Assembly: GCA_963717145.1 (NCBI GenBank)
Contig: OY970325.1
Coordinates: 3,904,001-3,968,000 of the forward strand
Length of the DNA stretch: 64,000 bases
Direction: 5' to 3'
Source: an uncultured Armatimonadetes bacterium
GTDB lineage: Bacteria > Armatimonadota > UBA5829 > DTJY01
In this document: piece after piece, positions 10,807 through 21,545 of the stretch
Layout: the number at the start of each line of letters is the position of its first letter
Position numbering within the stretch: position 1 is the stretch's first letter
Position numbers and translations under genes: made by a program
The notes under the pieces: model-generated
Told to the model about the DNA's origin: nothing
Database searches by the model: none
The model's input: the letters and a program-made list of their open reading frames with translations, nothing else

Positions 10807-11688
10807 TCACCTCACCGGCGCCTTGAGTTGCTTGACAGTCGCCGGCGGGATGTCCATCAGATAGAGCTTCACGGGCTCGGTATCCTGATGGTATGGCCCA
10901 CTCCACCAATACTGGCTCATATCTGGCGATACCCTCATAGCGTACGTAGAGTCGGGTAACTTTATGCGCCTCGTCCCCATGGTCGACAAGTCGATCATCT
11001 CCGTAATGACTTCACCGGTGTTGGTCAAATACCAGACATGATAGATAGCAATACGCCGAGAAAGGTAGATGAACTTTGCAGAAGCACGAGGATTTGCCAG
11101 CGAGGCTGATGTGAGCATCCGGTCTGTACCGTCCTTCATCAGATAATGATGGTAATGCTCATGCCGGTCTACATAGATAAAGCCGCTGCCGTCGGCACTC
11201 GTTATGACAGCAACGCTTTCATCTCGGATCTTTGCTACTGACAGGTCTGACGGATTGAGAAGATACATGGAACGATTCTCAGTCCGACCGAATAATCGTG
11301 TGAATACTATCTTGTCCGTAGTTAGCCAGTATACGGCCTGTATCTCGTCAGTCGCGGAGAGCACGCATCTTCTTTGACCGCCCTTCAGATCTGCTATATA
11401 CATGCCTTTGCCACGGCATTGAAAGACTACTGCTTTGCTGTCTGGCGAGAGATCAAATCCCTCTGCTTCCGGCAAGCGGTACATCTGACGCTTCCCGGTA
11501 TTCACGTCATAGCGGCAGATACCGGTTTCGCCTCTAAAGTAGTATAGTGCCTGACTATCTCTCGACCAGACAGCGCTAGTGACATTCTTGTCGACGATGA
11601 TCTCGCCAGGGCGAGTTCCTGAACAGCCTGCGGCAAGTAAAGCCGTGATGCATGCCGCGAATAGCATTCCTAGCTGGCGAGCCTTCAT
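10807..11688 (-). CDS. Lipoprotein with TolB-like beta-propeller
   Basis: GGAGGAG RBS; lipobox LAAGC; WSRDS, LSPDS and VSPDM blade motifs; visibly lower GC than neighbours. Confidence 0.7.
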   Translation of the reverse strand: MKARQLGMLFAACITALLAAGCSGTRPGEIIVDKNVTSAVWSRDSQALYYFRGETGICRYDVNTGKRQMYRLPEAEGFDLSPDSKAVVFQCRGKGMYIADLKGGQRRCVLSATDEIQAVYWLTTDKIVFTRLFGRTENRSMYLLNPSDLSVAKIRDESVAVITSADGSGFIYVDRHEHYHHYLMKDGTDRMLTSASLANPRASAKFIYLSRRIAIYHVWYLTNTGEVITEMIDLSTMGTRRIKLPDSTYAMRVSPDMSQYWWSGPYHQDTEPVKLYLMDIPPATVKQLKAPVR

Positions 11689-11784
11689 GGATTCTCCTCC
11701 TGCGAAAGCCAGGTGCGTTCCAGGGCGAAGCATTGGCGACGAACCTGCCAGGTTGGCACAGAGCGAAGGGCCAATGCTTCTCCC

Positions 11785-12564
11785 CTACAGCCGCAGGTAT
11801 GCTTCTTCCACCGTATCCGCCGTCGTCTCGACCGTGCGGGCGTCGATCACGCGGATATCCGGTCGGGCGAACCCGTTCGGTACGGTGATCCGCTCGACCA
11901 TCTCCTTGCGGAAGGTCACCGGCCGCTCGATCGGCATCGGCCCGATCGAGCCGATCCGCCCGATCGCCTCGCGAGTCTTCTCCTCGATCAGCTTGTGCGC
12001 CACATCGAGCGAGAGCATCCTCGCGCCCTGGCACGACATCCCGACCTTCACCTGGCAGGTGACGACGCCCGGGATCCAGTCGGAGGCCTCCGCGCACGCC
12101 TTGTCGTCGCCGGAGACCATGATCACCGGCTTCCCGAAGTCGGATGCGACCCCGGCGTCGAGCCCGATCTCGCCGACCTTGCGCCCGTTGAGCCAGTAGT
12201 TCTGCACCGTCTTGGACGACATCGTGTGCTCCAGGAGTGCGCCACGAGTGCCCGCCATGGCATGGTAGCCGAGCAGGATGAGCGCGTCGCACTCATCGAT
12301 CCCCGGCAGCCGTCTCGGAGTCGAGCCCTGGATGACCTCCGCGCGCGGGTCGAGTTCGGCGGTGATGAAGTGGTTGCCCGACCCGTGACCGTCGCGCACG
12401 ATGACGCCGTCAGCGCCCGCGTCGAAGCAGGCTCGGATGCAGGCGTTCGCGTCCCAGGTATAGTAGCGCCGTGCATCCTGATAGAGCTTCCCCTCGGACA
12501 GCACGTGATCGCTGCCCGATATCCCGCTGATGCCTTCCATGTCTACGAAAATGAGTATCTTCAC
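11785..12564 (-). CDS. M55 family D-aminopeptidase (DppA-like)
   Basis: MKILIFVDMEGISG, DGHG and GYHAMAG...LEHT motifs. Confidence 0.9.
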   Translation of the reverse strand: MKILIFVDMEGISGISGSDHVLSEGKLYQDARRYYTWDANACIRACFDAGADGVIVRDGHGSGNHFITAELDPRAEVIQGSTPRRLPGIDECDALILLGYHAMAGTRGALLEHTMSSKTVQNYWLNGRKVGEIGLDAGVASDFGKPVIMVSGDDKACAEASDWIPGVVTCQVKVGMSCQGARMLSLDVAHKLIEEKTREAIGRIGSIGPMPIERPVTFRKEMVERITVPNGFARPDIRVIDARTVETTADTVEEAYLRL

Positions 12565-13214
12565 CTGCTGCTCCTGAACTCCTTGACGATCTCACGGAAC
12601 TTCCGAGCCCGGTCGGTGATCTCACCGAAATCACCGGACGCCATCAGCTTCTTGTCGATCAGAGCGCCGCCGACCCCCAGACAGACCGCGCCGGCTTCGA
12701 GCCACGACCGGGCAGTATTCAGATCGACGCCGCCGGTCGGCATGAACGGTATGTCGGGGAACGGTCCGTGCAGGTCCTTGAAGTAGCTCGGTCCCATCAC
12801 GTTCGCCGGGAATATCTTGATGATATCGCCGCCCGCCTGCCAAGCCGTGATCACCTCGGTCGGAGTGAGCGCGCCCGGAAAGACCGGGACATGTCTCGAC
12901 TTCGCCATCTCGATCGTCGCGAGGTTCGTGCTCGGGCTCACGATGAACTGAGCGCCGGCATCCACCGCACTCGATGCCATCTCGGGTGTCAGGACGGTCC
13001 CCGCGCCGAGGATCACATCGTCGCTCAGCCTCGATGCCAGCGCCTCAATGATCCACAGGGGGTTCGGGACTGTGAATGTCACTTCGATCACGTTCACGCC
13101 GCCCTGAAGTGCGGTTTCGATCGCCTTCAGTATCTGCTCCTCCGATTCGCCGCGCACCACTGCCGCGATCCCGCACTCGAGTATGCCGTCGAGGATATGC
13201 TTCTTGTCCTTCAT
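12561..13214 (-). CDS. eda: KDPG/KHG aldolase
   Basis: IEVTFTVP, GAGTVL, FIVSP, PGALTPTE, KIFPA and PTGGV motifs. Confidence 0.9.
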   Translation of the reverse strand: MKDKKHILDGILECGIAAVVRGESEEQILKAIETALQGGVNVIEVTFTVPNPLWIIEALASRLSDDVILGAGTVLTPEMASSAVDAGAQFIVSPSTNLATIEMAKSRHVPVFPGALTPTEVITAWQAGGDIIKIFPANVMGPSYFKDLHGPFPDIPFMPTGGVDLNTARSWLEAGAVCLGVGGALIDKKLMASGDFGEITDRARKFREIVKEFRSSR

Positions 13215-13275
13215 TGTTCTCCCTCCAAGCCATGGTAAGCGTATCATCCATCCCGCCGATGAGTCAACAAAGCAT

Positions 13276-14751
13276 GTAACAGTTCAGGCTTGTGGATCAT
13301 TTTGCGAGAGCAGTGAGAGTTTTTCCGACATTGTCGGCTTGCAATAGGAAGGACCCTTGGCCGGGCGGGTGGAACATGCCTGTGTGGAAGAGTTCGACGG
13401 TCTGACAAGAGAAGAATTGGTGGGCATTGTCCTGGAGCAGCGGGAGATGATCCAGCGTCTCGTCAAGGAACTGGAGGATCTCAAGGCAAAGCTCTCGGGT
13501 GGCGGCAGTTCCACCCCCATACCTGACTGGGTCAAGCCGAACCGCAAAGAGCGCCGGGCAGCCGAACGAAAGAAGCGCCAGAAGTCGTTCGTTCGCAGGC
13601 GGGAGACCCCCACCCGTGTAGTCGAGCATGCGCACTCGAAGTGTCCGGACTGCGGTCGGGCACTCACGGAGGGCACGGTAAAGAGAGTCCGCCAGGTTAT
13701 TGATATACCGATCGTGCCTGTGGACATAGTCGAGCACAGATTCATCGCCAGAAGATGCGGATACTGTGGCAAGGCGCATGTGCCGAAGGTTGACCTGTCG
13801 AGCCAGGTTGTAGGCAAGCATCGAGTAGGCGTGAACCTGATGAGCCTGATATCGTATCTTTCGACAGTAGGCCGTATGACAAAGCGAACGATACAGGGGT
13901 TGCTGAAGGCTCTGTATCGTCTTCATCTCTCTGTGGGAGAGATAAGCGAGATATTGCACACGGTGGCAGGCTGTGGCAGAGGCGAGATGAAGGGACTTCT
14001 ATCGCTTGTACGCGGAAGTCCATACATAAACGCAGACGAGACGGGCTGGAGAGAGGACGGGCTCAACGGATACATCTGGACCTTCTCCACTAAGAACGTG
14101 CGATACTTCATCTACCGGCGGAGTCGGAGCGGAGAGATACCTAAGGAAACGATAGGCGGCGACTACGAAGGGGTGGTGGTAACGGATTGCTACGCCGGAT
14201 ACAACCCCGTAGTTGCAGACCGTCAGATATGCTGGGCACATCTGGCCAGGGAACTGCACAAACTGAAGGAGAAGAACGCCGATAACCCGGACGTCATATC
14301 ATGGGCGGATGCGGTGAAGGGTGTTTACGATCAGGCAAAGAAGTTCCGGAGCAAGAAGGCGGAGGTTCGCAAGTGGAAGCGAGTGCTCTTCGAGGAAGAG
14401 GTAGAGACGCTCTCAGGTCCGTATGTCGGCTTAGAGGTTCCACAGCAGGTGCTGGCAAAGAGATTGACGGATCGCTTGCATGAGTTGTTCATGTTCGTAG
14501 AGTACCCGGAAGTACCGTCGGACAACAATGGCGCAGAACGAGCGCTGAGGCCGTGTGTGATCGCCCGCAAGGTATGCGGAGGCACACGAAGCGCGAAGGG
14601 TTCCGAGACAAAGATGACGCTCATGAGTCTGTTTGGCACATGGCACGTCCGAGGGCTGGACATGCTCGAGTCCTGCAGGCAACTGCTCGCAGGCAAGTCT
14701 GTCCTCTTCCCCGCCTGATCAAACTCGTTATCCCCAAGCGTGAACTGTTAC
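13276..14751 (+). mobile_element. IS66-family element, single-ORF ISBst12-like (1476 bp)
   Basis: IRs GTAACAGTTCAGGCTTGTGGAT and GTAACAGTTCACGCTTGGGGAT; 8-bp TSD CAAAGCAT at 13268-75 and 14752-59. Confidence 0.95.
13357..14718 (+). CDS. IS66 transposase (start possibly GTG 13384)
   Basis: CPDCG zinc finger, ADETGW, QICWAHL and DNNGAERALR motifs. Confidence 0.95.
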   Translation: MAGRVEHACVEEFDGLTREELVGIVLEQREMIQRLVKELEDLKAKLSGGGSSTPIPDWVKPNRKERRAAERKKRQKSFVRRRETPTRVVEHAHSKCPDCGRALTEGTVKRVRQVIDIPIVPVDIVEHRFIARRCGYCGKAHVPKVDLSSQVVGKHRVGVNLMSLISYLSTVGRMTKRTIQGLLKALYRLHLSVGEISEILHTVAGCGRGEMKGLLSLVRGSPYINADETGWREDGLNGYIWTFSTKNVRYFIYRRSRSGEIPKETIGGDYEGVVVTDCYAGYNPVVADRQICWAHLARELHKLKEKNADNPDVISWADAVKGVYDQAKKFRSKKAEVRKWKRVLFEEEVETLSGPYVGLEVPQQVLAKRLTDRLHELFMFVEYPEVPSDNNGAERALRPCVIARKVCGGTRSAKGSETKMTLMSLFGTWHVRGLDMLESCRQLLAGKSVLFPA

Positions 14752-14846
14752 CAAAGCATACCCAAAGAGCGCAAAACGTGCTAGAATGGGGCACGTCTGA
14801 GGCGGCCTCGCCCGCCTCCCACAGAAGTAAGGAGTGACCCATCATC

Positions 14847-16022
14847 ATGACATCAAGACTTGCCGTGACAGCGATCCTGCTGATTGCCCTCGCTGCCGGG
14901 ACCGCAAACGCCGCCGCGCCGGAGTTCCGAGCCATCCAGATCCACCATTGGATTGACGGAGGGCTCAGCCCGGAACAGATCGACGAGACGATCAAGTGGG
15001 CCAAGCAGGCCAACATCAACGTTCTCCAGTTCCAGGTCAGACGCGTTGGTGACGCCTACTATGACTCGGCCCATGAGCCTCGCGCGTCCAACATCAGGGG
15101 CGATGCCGACTTCGATCCCCTCGGATATGTGATCAAGAAGGGCCACGCGAACGGCATGCAGGTCCATGCCTGGATCAACACCTATCGCACGTGGACCGGC
15201 AAGAACGCCCCGGCCAATCCGAAGCACGTCGTCAACCAGCATCCCGAGTGGCTGAGCAAGAGCCTCGACGGTGCGTCCTCCAATGGCGAGGGCACCTACC
15301 TCGATCCGGGAGCGCCGGGCGTCCGCGAGCATCTGGTCAAGCTCGTCACCGATATACTGTCCAAGTACGATGTCGATGGCGTCATGCTCGACTACGTTCG
15401 GTACCCCGGACGCCAATGGGGTTACAGTGATGCTGCTGTAAGCGCTTTCAACGCCAAGAACGGCTCCACAGGCAAGCCGGCTGAGACTGATGAGAAGTGG
15501 TGTCAGTGGCGGCGAGACCAGGTGACGGCGACCGTTAGAGCAATCAACAAAGAGATCAACCGCCTCAAGCCGTGGGTGACGCTCTCCGCTGCGACGATTC
15601 CCTGGGGCGCCTGCCCGGAGGATTTCAAGAAGACCGACGCGTATGGTTACGTCTTCCAGGACTGGCGGGCCTGGATGGAGGAGGGGATCATCGACATCAA
15701 CCTGCCGATGAACTACAAGGATCCGGCGAACGAGAAGCACGTTCCGATGTACACCGGCTGGCTCGACGGGATGAAGAGGTGGTCCTACGAGCGGATGGCC
15801 GCTTCGACTATCTCGGTGGCCAAGGGGAACACAGACGGAGCTGTCAAGCAGGTGCTGGAGACCCGCAAGAAAGGCCTCGGGATCGTCGGATTTGCATTCA
15901 GCCAGGGTCCCACGAAAGCCGATCTCGCCGCAAAGCTCCGGGCATCCGTCTTCACTGAGCCCGTTCCCGTGCCGAAGCTCTCTTGGAAGCCCGAACGCAA
16001 GGCGACTGAGCCGGCGAAGTAG
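14847..16022 (+). CDS. Glycoside hydrolase-like family 10 (GHL10/YddW-like) secreted protein
   Basis: Signal peptide; EFRA, QVRRVGDAYY, FDPL, VHAW, YDVDGVMLDYVRYP and QDWRAW motifs. Confidence 0.85.
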   Translation: MTSRLAVTAILLIALAAGTANAAAPEFRAIQIHHWIDGGLSPEQIDETIKWAKQANINVLQFQVRRVGDAYYDSAHEPRASNIRGDADFDPLGYVIKKGHANGMQVHAWINTYRTWTGKNAPANPKHVVNQHPEWLSKSLDGASSNGEGTYLDPGAPGVREHLVKLVTDILSKYDVDGVMLDYVRYPGRQWGYSDAAVSAFNAKNGSTGKPAETDEKWCQWRRDQVTATVRAINKEINRLKPWVTLSAATIPWGACPEDFKKTDAYGYVFQDWRAWMEEGIIDINLPMNYKDPANEKHVPMYTGWLDGMKRWSYERMAASTISVAKGNTDGAVKQVLETRKKGLGIVGFAFSQGPTKADLAAKLRASVFTEPVPVPKLSWKPERKATEPAK

Positions 16023-16079
16023 GGGCGGTGCTTCAATGCCCGCCCGGAGGAACGGGAGGCCGTTGAAGGCCTCCCCTAC
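16019..16079. repeat. GTAG-type REP pair
   Basis: GTAGGGGCGG...GGGAGGCCGTTGAAGGCCTCCCCTAC, overlapping the upstream stop codon. Confidence 0.6.
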
Positions 16080-16083
16080 AGCT

Positions 16084-16806
16084 ATGAGCGCTTCTCCAGG
16101 AGAGATACTGTCTTGCGGAGCCGCCGAACTGGGTATCACCCTGGATGACAACCAGTTGCAGCGGTTCGAATCGTTTACCAGGTTGCTGACCGAGTGGAAC
16201 AGCAGGGTGAATCTCACCCGCATCATTGATCCCTGTGAGATCGCGGTCAAGCACTACCTGGATTCGCTCAGTCTGCTGTCGGTAATCGAGATGCCGGTCG
16301 GGTCCCGCGTCATGGATGTGGGATCCGGCGCGGGGTTGCCGGGGATTCCGTTGAAGATCGCTCGCCCGGACCTGAAGGTGACGATGCTCGATTCGGTCCG
16401 TAAGCGGCTGGTGTTCATAGAGGCTGCTCTGCGGGAACTTGGGATAGAGGACGCCGAGTTGGTCCACGCGCGAGCCGAAGATGCCGCCCGTGATCCGGCA
16501 TACCGTGAGAGCTTCGACTTCACGGTATCACGCGCGGTTTCCCGATTGGCGGTCCTGTCCGAGCTGTGCATTCCCTTCTGCAGAGTCGGCGGATGGTTTG
16601 TCGCGTACAAAGGTCCGGACCCGTCCGAAGAGATCTCCGCGGCCGAGAACGCGATCGGCAAGCTCGGAGGAACGATGGCCCGTGCGGCATCCCTGTCGAT
16701 CCCGCGCGGCGATGCACGACGAACACTGGTCTTGATCCGAAAGGAGCGCCGGACGGGTGCCGCCTATCCGCGAAAAGCCGGCGTACCGGAACGGGAGCCC
16801 CTCTAG
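16084..16806 (+). CDS. rsmG: 16S rRNA m7G527 methyltransferase
   Basis: WNSRVNLT, KHYLDSL, DVGSGAGLPGIPL, RAE, SRAV and YPRKAGVP motifs. Confidence 0.95.
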   Translation: MSASPGEILSCGAAELGITLDDNQLQRFESFTRLLTEWNSRVNLTRIIDPCEIAVKHYLDSLSLLSVIEMPVGSRVMDVGSGAGLPGIPLKIARPDLKVTMLDSVRKRLVFIEAALRELGIEDAELVHARAEDAARDPAYRESFDFTVSRAVSRLAVLSELCIPFCRVGGWFVAYKGPDPSEEISAAENAIGKLGGTMARAASLSIPRGDARRTLVLIRKERRTGAAYPRKAGVPEREPL

Positions 16807-16839
16807 GAGCGGATTTCAGTCCGCGAAAGGAGATACAAG

Positions 16840-17358
16840 ATGGCCCAAGTTCGCAAGCTGATAGGCCTGCTGCTGGTCATGGCAGCTATCATCGGTGTAC
16901 CTGTGGCGTACCACGTCTTCAGTTCGGCGACCGATCGCATTCTAGCGTTTTCGTCGCTGCCTTCACCGCCGCTCGATGTATACCCTTTCCTCGCTGCTTT
17001 CTTCATGGTGATCGGGCTCTTCTGGGTCTTCTGGGCATACTCCTACCTGCACTTCGTGGGGCTCGGCTCTCCCGTTGAAGTATTCCGAGTCGCGCTGCAT
17101 CCAACGGAGCTGCTGGTGACGACGGGCCCTTATGCCTACACGAGGAATCCCATGTTTCTGGGGCTGCTATTCGTGCTGCTCGCGGTCGCTCTGTATGGCA
17201 AGTCTATTACCGGATTGGCGCTGCTGCCGATCATCGCCATCGCCGGCCTGGAGTATCTGCGCGTGTACGAAGAGCCTGTCTTGAAGGAGCGATTCGGTCA
17301 GGAGTACAGCAGTTACCGGAAGTCCGTTCCCGCTCTGTTTCCGAGGAACAGACGGTGA
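16840..17358 (+). CDS. Isoprenylcysteine carboxylmethyltransferase/PEMT-family membrane protein
   Basis: LVTTGPYAYTRNPM and EE..L..RFG..Y..Y...VP motifs. Confidence 0.85.
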   Translation: MAQVRKLIGLLLVMAAIIGVPVAYHVFSSATDRILAFSSLPSPPLDVYPFLAAFFMVIGLFWVFWAYSYLHFVGLGSPVEVFRVALHPTELLVTTGPYAYTRNPMFLGLLFVLLAVALYGKSITGLALLPIIAIAGLEYLRVYEEPVLKERFGQEYSSYRKSVPALFPRNRR

Positions 17359-17363
17359 GAGTA

Positions 17364-17419
17364 TTGCATTCCGGGGCGCGCTGTGTTATTGTATGGCAAA
17401 ATCGTGAATAACTGCACAA
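17364..17419 (+). promoter_or_regulatory. rex promoter with downstream Rex-type operator
   Basis: TTGCAT-N17-TATTGT; TCGTGAATAACTGCACAA at 17402-17419 has 2 mismatches to TTGTGAAnnnnTTCACAA. Confidence 0.65.
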
Positions 17420-17446
17420 TACTGCCACACAAGGGAGAGTGAGACT

Positions 17447-18073
17447 ATGGGGGCTCGGCAGACCAAGGTACCGATTCCGACGCTGGAGCGACTGGCAACT
17501 TACCTTCGCTACCTCAATGACCTCGAAGCAACCGGAGTGGATACGATCTCATCCGCTGAGATGGAGGAAGCCACCGGCATTCATGCTGCCCAGTTTCGGA
17601 AGGATCTGTCGTATTTCGGGGAGTTCGGGAGACCGGGGATTGGATACAATGTCTACGACCTGCAAGCTCGTCTGGCGAAGATCCTGAAAGTGGAGAAAGA
17701 GCAGCCTGTGATCATGGTCGGCGCGGGCAACCTCGGATCGGCGCTGGTCGGGTTCCCCGCTCTGCGTCGCCACAACTTTCATATCGTCGCTGTGTTCGAC
17801 AACAATCGCAGCAAGATCGGCAAGCGGCTCTGGGACCTCGAAATACTGGATATCCGGAAGCTCGCAGAGGCAAACGCAAGTTTGGGAGCAAGCATTGCCA
17901 TAATAGCCGTTCCCGCCATTGCTGCTCAGACAGTCACGGACCAACTGGTGGATGCCGGTGTCAAGGTCATCCTGAATTTCGCGCCAACGACTATCCGCGT
18001 TCCTGAGCACGTCGTTGTACGTAACGTTTGCTTCATCCAGGAACTCGCCGTCCTTTCGTACCACCTCACATGA
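17447..18073 (+). CDS. rex: Redox-sensing transcriptional repressor Rex
   Basis: RLATYLRYL, RKDLSYFGEFGRPGIGY, GAGNLGSAL and ILNFAP motifs. Confidence 0.97.
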   Translation: MGARQTKVPIPTLERLATYLRYLNDLEATGVDTISSAEMEEATGIHAAQFRKDLSYFGEFGRPGIGYNVYDLQARLAKILKVEKEQPVIMVGAGNLGSALVGFPALRRHNFHIVAVFDNNRSKIGKRLWDLEILDIRKLAEANASLGASIAIIAVPAIAAQTVTDQLVDAGVKVILNFAPTTIRVPEHVVVRNVCFIQELAVLSYHLT

Positions 18074-18109
18074 GCCTTCGCGGCCACTGAAGCCCTCCCT
18101 GGACTCAAT

Positions 18110-18146
18110 GAAAAACGGCCTGCCCTGTATAGGGCAGGCCGTTCAA
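18110..18146. terminator. Bidirectional terminator hairpin
   Basis: AAAAACGGCCTGCCCT-gtat-AGGGCAGGCCGTT between convergent genes. Confidence 0.75.
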
Positions 18147-18174
18147 TTCGCGTCCTTGCAGTCGGTATGGAAGT

Positions 18175-18843
18175 CTAAGTTGAGGCTGCCGGCACGATCA
18201 GCGCCAGGTTATCCCTCAGGCTATTTACCCAGTAGCCATGCCACGGTTCGAGCATCACAGAGTCGCCCCAGTCGTCATCGAGGCCCATGCTCATCAGGCT
18301 CTGGGAACTGCTGTCGTACCAGAAGGTGAAGGTTCTGAGCCAGCTGTTGTCCCGAGCATAGGACAGAGGAACGGTAGCTGTGCCGTCGGTGATCTCGACC
18401 GTATTCCAGTTCACCGGATAGGAGAATGGGCAGCCGATGATACTCCAGCCGGTCTTGGGCAGGCTGATCCACATGTCCGTGTCATCGTTGTCGGTTATGC
18501 CCTCGAAAGAGATCACATTGGTGTCGCTGCCGGTCAACTGCAGCCAGTATCCGTCCGTCAGAAGCATGTTACCGAAGGCGTCCGGAGTGTACTGGTCATA
18601 CAATAGGATCGACTGCGTGGCTGCATCATAGCGGTAGAGTCCCCCTGCAAGAGCATTGGGACACCCAGGGAATACCAACTGAGGATCAGGCGAAGTTGGT
18701 ATCGCCGGAAGCGAGATCAGGTTCCAGCCCATGTTGATCGGTCCGGGGTCCCCAGAACTCACTGTTTCGATCGCTGCGCCGGCGGGCACACAAAGCATCA
18801 CGATAACCAGCAGACTCAGCACCATCATTGCAGATCTTCTCAT
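18175..18843 (-). CDS. Secreted protein of unknown function with two GW(N/S)xIxxP...GYW repeats
   Basis: Signal peptide ending AGA; internal repeat GWNLISLP/GWSIIGCP; GAGGTG RBS. Confidence 0.75.
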   Translation of the reverse strand: MRRSAMMVLSLLVIVMLCVPAGAAIETVSSGDPGPINMGWNLISLPAIPTSPDPQLVFPGCPNALAGGLYRYDAATQSILLYDQYTPDAFGNMLLTDGYWLQLTGSDTNVISFEGITDNDDTDMWISLPKTGWSIIGCPFSYPVNWNTVEITDGTATVPLSYARDNSWLRTFTFWYDSSSQSLMSMGLDDDWGDSVMLEPWHGYWVNSLRDNLALIVPAAST

Positions 18844-18929
18844 TTTGGCCTCACCTCGTTTAAGAATGTCTGGCAGAAGACAAAAACCGTGTGACAGGTC
18901 GTACGCGAATCACCTGCTGAACCGGAAAA

Positions 18930-18958
18930 AGTATACCCAATTGCCGAGAACCTGTCAA
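18930..18958 (-). promoter_or_regulatory. sigma70-type promoter
   Basis: TTGACA-N17-TATACT on the minus strand. Confidence 0.65.
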
Positions 18959-19310
18959 TGACGCAAGAACATTACACGCGCTACGGCGGAACAGGCAGCA
19001 CCGCCAGTAAGCTCTATACTCTAGAGAGTGTAACGCTTTTTCCGCCGCGAGTCAACTGGTAAAAATACCAGAATCAGGTTATAACGGTTGAAATGCGCCG
19101 GATTCCGGTATACTTACTTGCGGCAGGATGCGCCCAAGTGTTAGACAACTCCTGGTGGACTATAGTTCCACGCGCAACCATAACGTGCTACGCTTCAGTC
19201 TGTTTATACCCAATCCGGCAACGTTCAAACCGGTGGATTGATGAGTTTGTGGGCAAGCGAGTATGCGCACGTGTATTGCGCAGTGTACACTTGGCTGTGA
19301 AGCGGGAGAA

Positions 19311-19385
19311 TGGTGGGCCCACTCGGATTCGAACCAAGAACCAACCGGTTATGAGCCGGTCGCTCTGCCATTGAGCTATGGGCCC
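19311..19385 (-). tRNA. tRNA with CAT anticodon, most likely tRNA-Ile2 (lysidine)
   Basis: GGGCCCATAGCTCAATGGCAGAGCGACCGGCTCATAACCGGTTGGTTCTTGGTTCGAATCCGAGTGGGCCCACCA; paired first base excludes fMet; promoter TTGACT-N17-TATCCT just upstream. Confidence 0.92.
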
Positions 19386-19485
19386 GCTGCTGCCGGAGCA
19401 AAGCCATCGAGCACCGATAGGATACCCGAATTCGGCCTTTCAGTCAAGCTCATCCGGGCATCCGATAGATGAGGCAGAGCAACGC

Positions 19486-19513
19486 GAAACTTTTTGATGT
19501 GCCAATCCGTCTA
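19486..19513 (+). promoter_or_regulatory. ECF-sigma-like promoter
   Basis: GAAACT-N16-CGTCTA upstream of the PEP-CTERM gene. Confidence 0.5.
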
Positions 19514-19594
19514 GTAACTGAGCCGAATCGCAAGCAGACCACCGCATGCCGATTGTTAACGAGGGCAAACCCGGCTCCAGCAGAGGGGAATGAG

Positions 19595-20380
19595 ATGGGC
19601 AAGCGTTTTATCTTTGTGACCTTGGTTGCGTTGTCAGTGCTTCTGCCGCGTTGCCTGTGGGCCGCGGCCAATGATTGGAGGACGAGTATCACGGCCGACA
19701 ATGGTTTTGGCGGGGGCAGTGGGGTCAGTGCGCAGATGGGAGTGACTCCCACCTCTGTGGATGGGCCTCGCTCTGTGGACAGCCCTCGTGAGGAACGTAC
19801 TGCAAGAGAGGATATGCAAGCGTACTACTTCCTCGATGTTCCTCAGCAAGGTCGGTATGTCGCGGCTATCATACCTGGCGATGCATGGACATGGACGAAG
19901 GATATCATGTCCCCGGCGAGCCCCGCATCGTATCCGAATTCGATCAAGAGCTGGGAACTTCGGCTAGGAGCCATGCCACATGCGACCAGCGATCCCATGA
20001 GGATAGGTTTCTATGCCCTCAGTGCGGGGATGCTGCCCCCTTCGATGGTCGGCGGGCTCGCGGTGGCATACAGGCTGATCATGGTCGACAACAAGGGCAT
20101 GCCCGGTGCTCCCCAGAACGGAAAGGTATGGGACCTGCCTACACCAACGACCCATTCCTCGAGTCCCTACTGGACCCTCCCGCAAGCTGACTGGCTTCCC
20201 ATCTTGAAACTGAGCGCGGGGAGTCACCAGGCAATGATCTCCGAAGGCTACCAGATGCGGTTCGAGCAGTACCAGTTCAACGTGCCCGCTCAAGAGGTCG
20301 TTCCCGAGCCGGCCGGTCTGTCGGTGCTGGGGATCGGCGTTGTCGGCCTGGTGGGCTTGGCGATGCGCAGGCGGAGATAA
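19595..20380 (+). CDS. PEP-CTERM secreted protein
   Basis: Signal peptide; C-terminal VPEPAG, TM helix and RRRR. Confidence 0.85.
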   Translation: MGKRFIFVTLVALSVLLPRCLWAAANDWRTSITADNGFGGGSGVSAQMGVTPTSVDGPRSVDSPREERTAREDMQAYYFLDVPQQGRYVAAIIPGDAWTWTKDIMSPASPASYPNSIKSWELRLGAMPHATSDPMRIGFYALSAGMLPPSMVGGLAVAYRLIMVDNKGMPGAPQNGKVWDLPTPTTHSSSPYWTLPQADWLPILKLSAGSHQAMISEGYQMRFEQYQFNVPAQEVVPEPAGLSVLGIGVVGLVGLAMRRRR

Positions 20381-20384
20381 GCAA

Positions 20385-20408
20385 GAAGGGCGGCTTTCGC
20401 CGCCCTTC
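20385..20408. terminator. Terminator hairpin between convergent genes
   Basis: GAAGGGCGGC-tttc-GCCGCCCTTC. Confidence 0.65.
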
Positions 20409-20411
20409 ATA

Positions 20412-21534
<1,123 letters not shown>

Positions 21535-21545
<11 letters not shown>

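Noticed and set aside
19311-19385. tRNA as an island integration site
   Set aside because: No duplicated tRNA 3' end or integrase seen in the window
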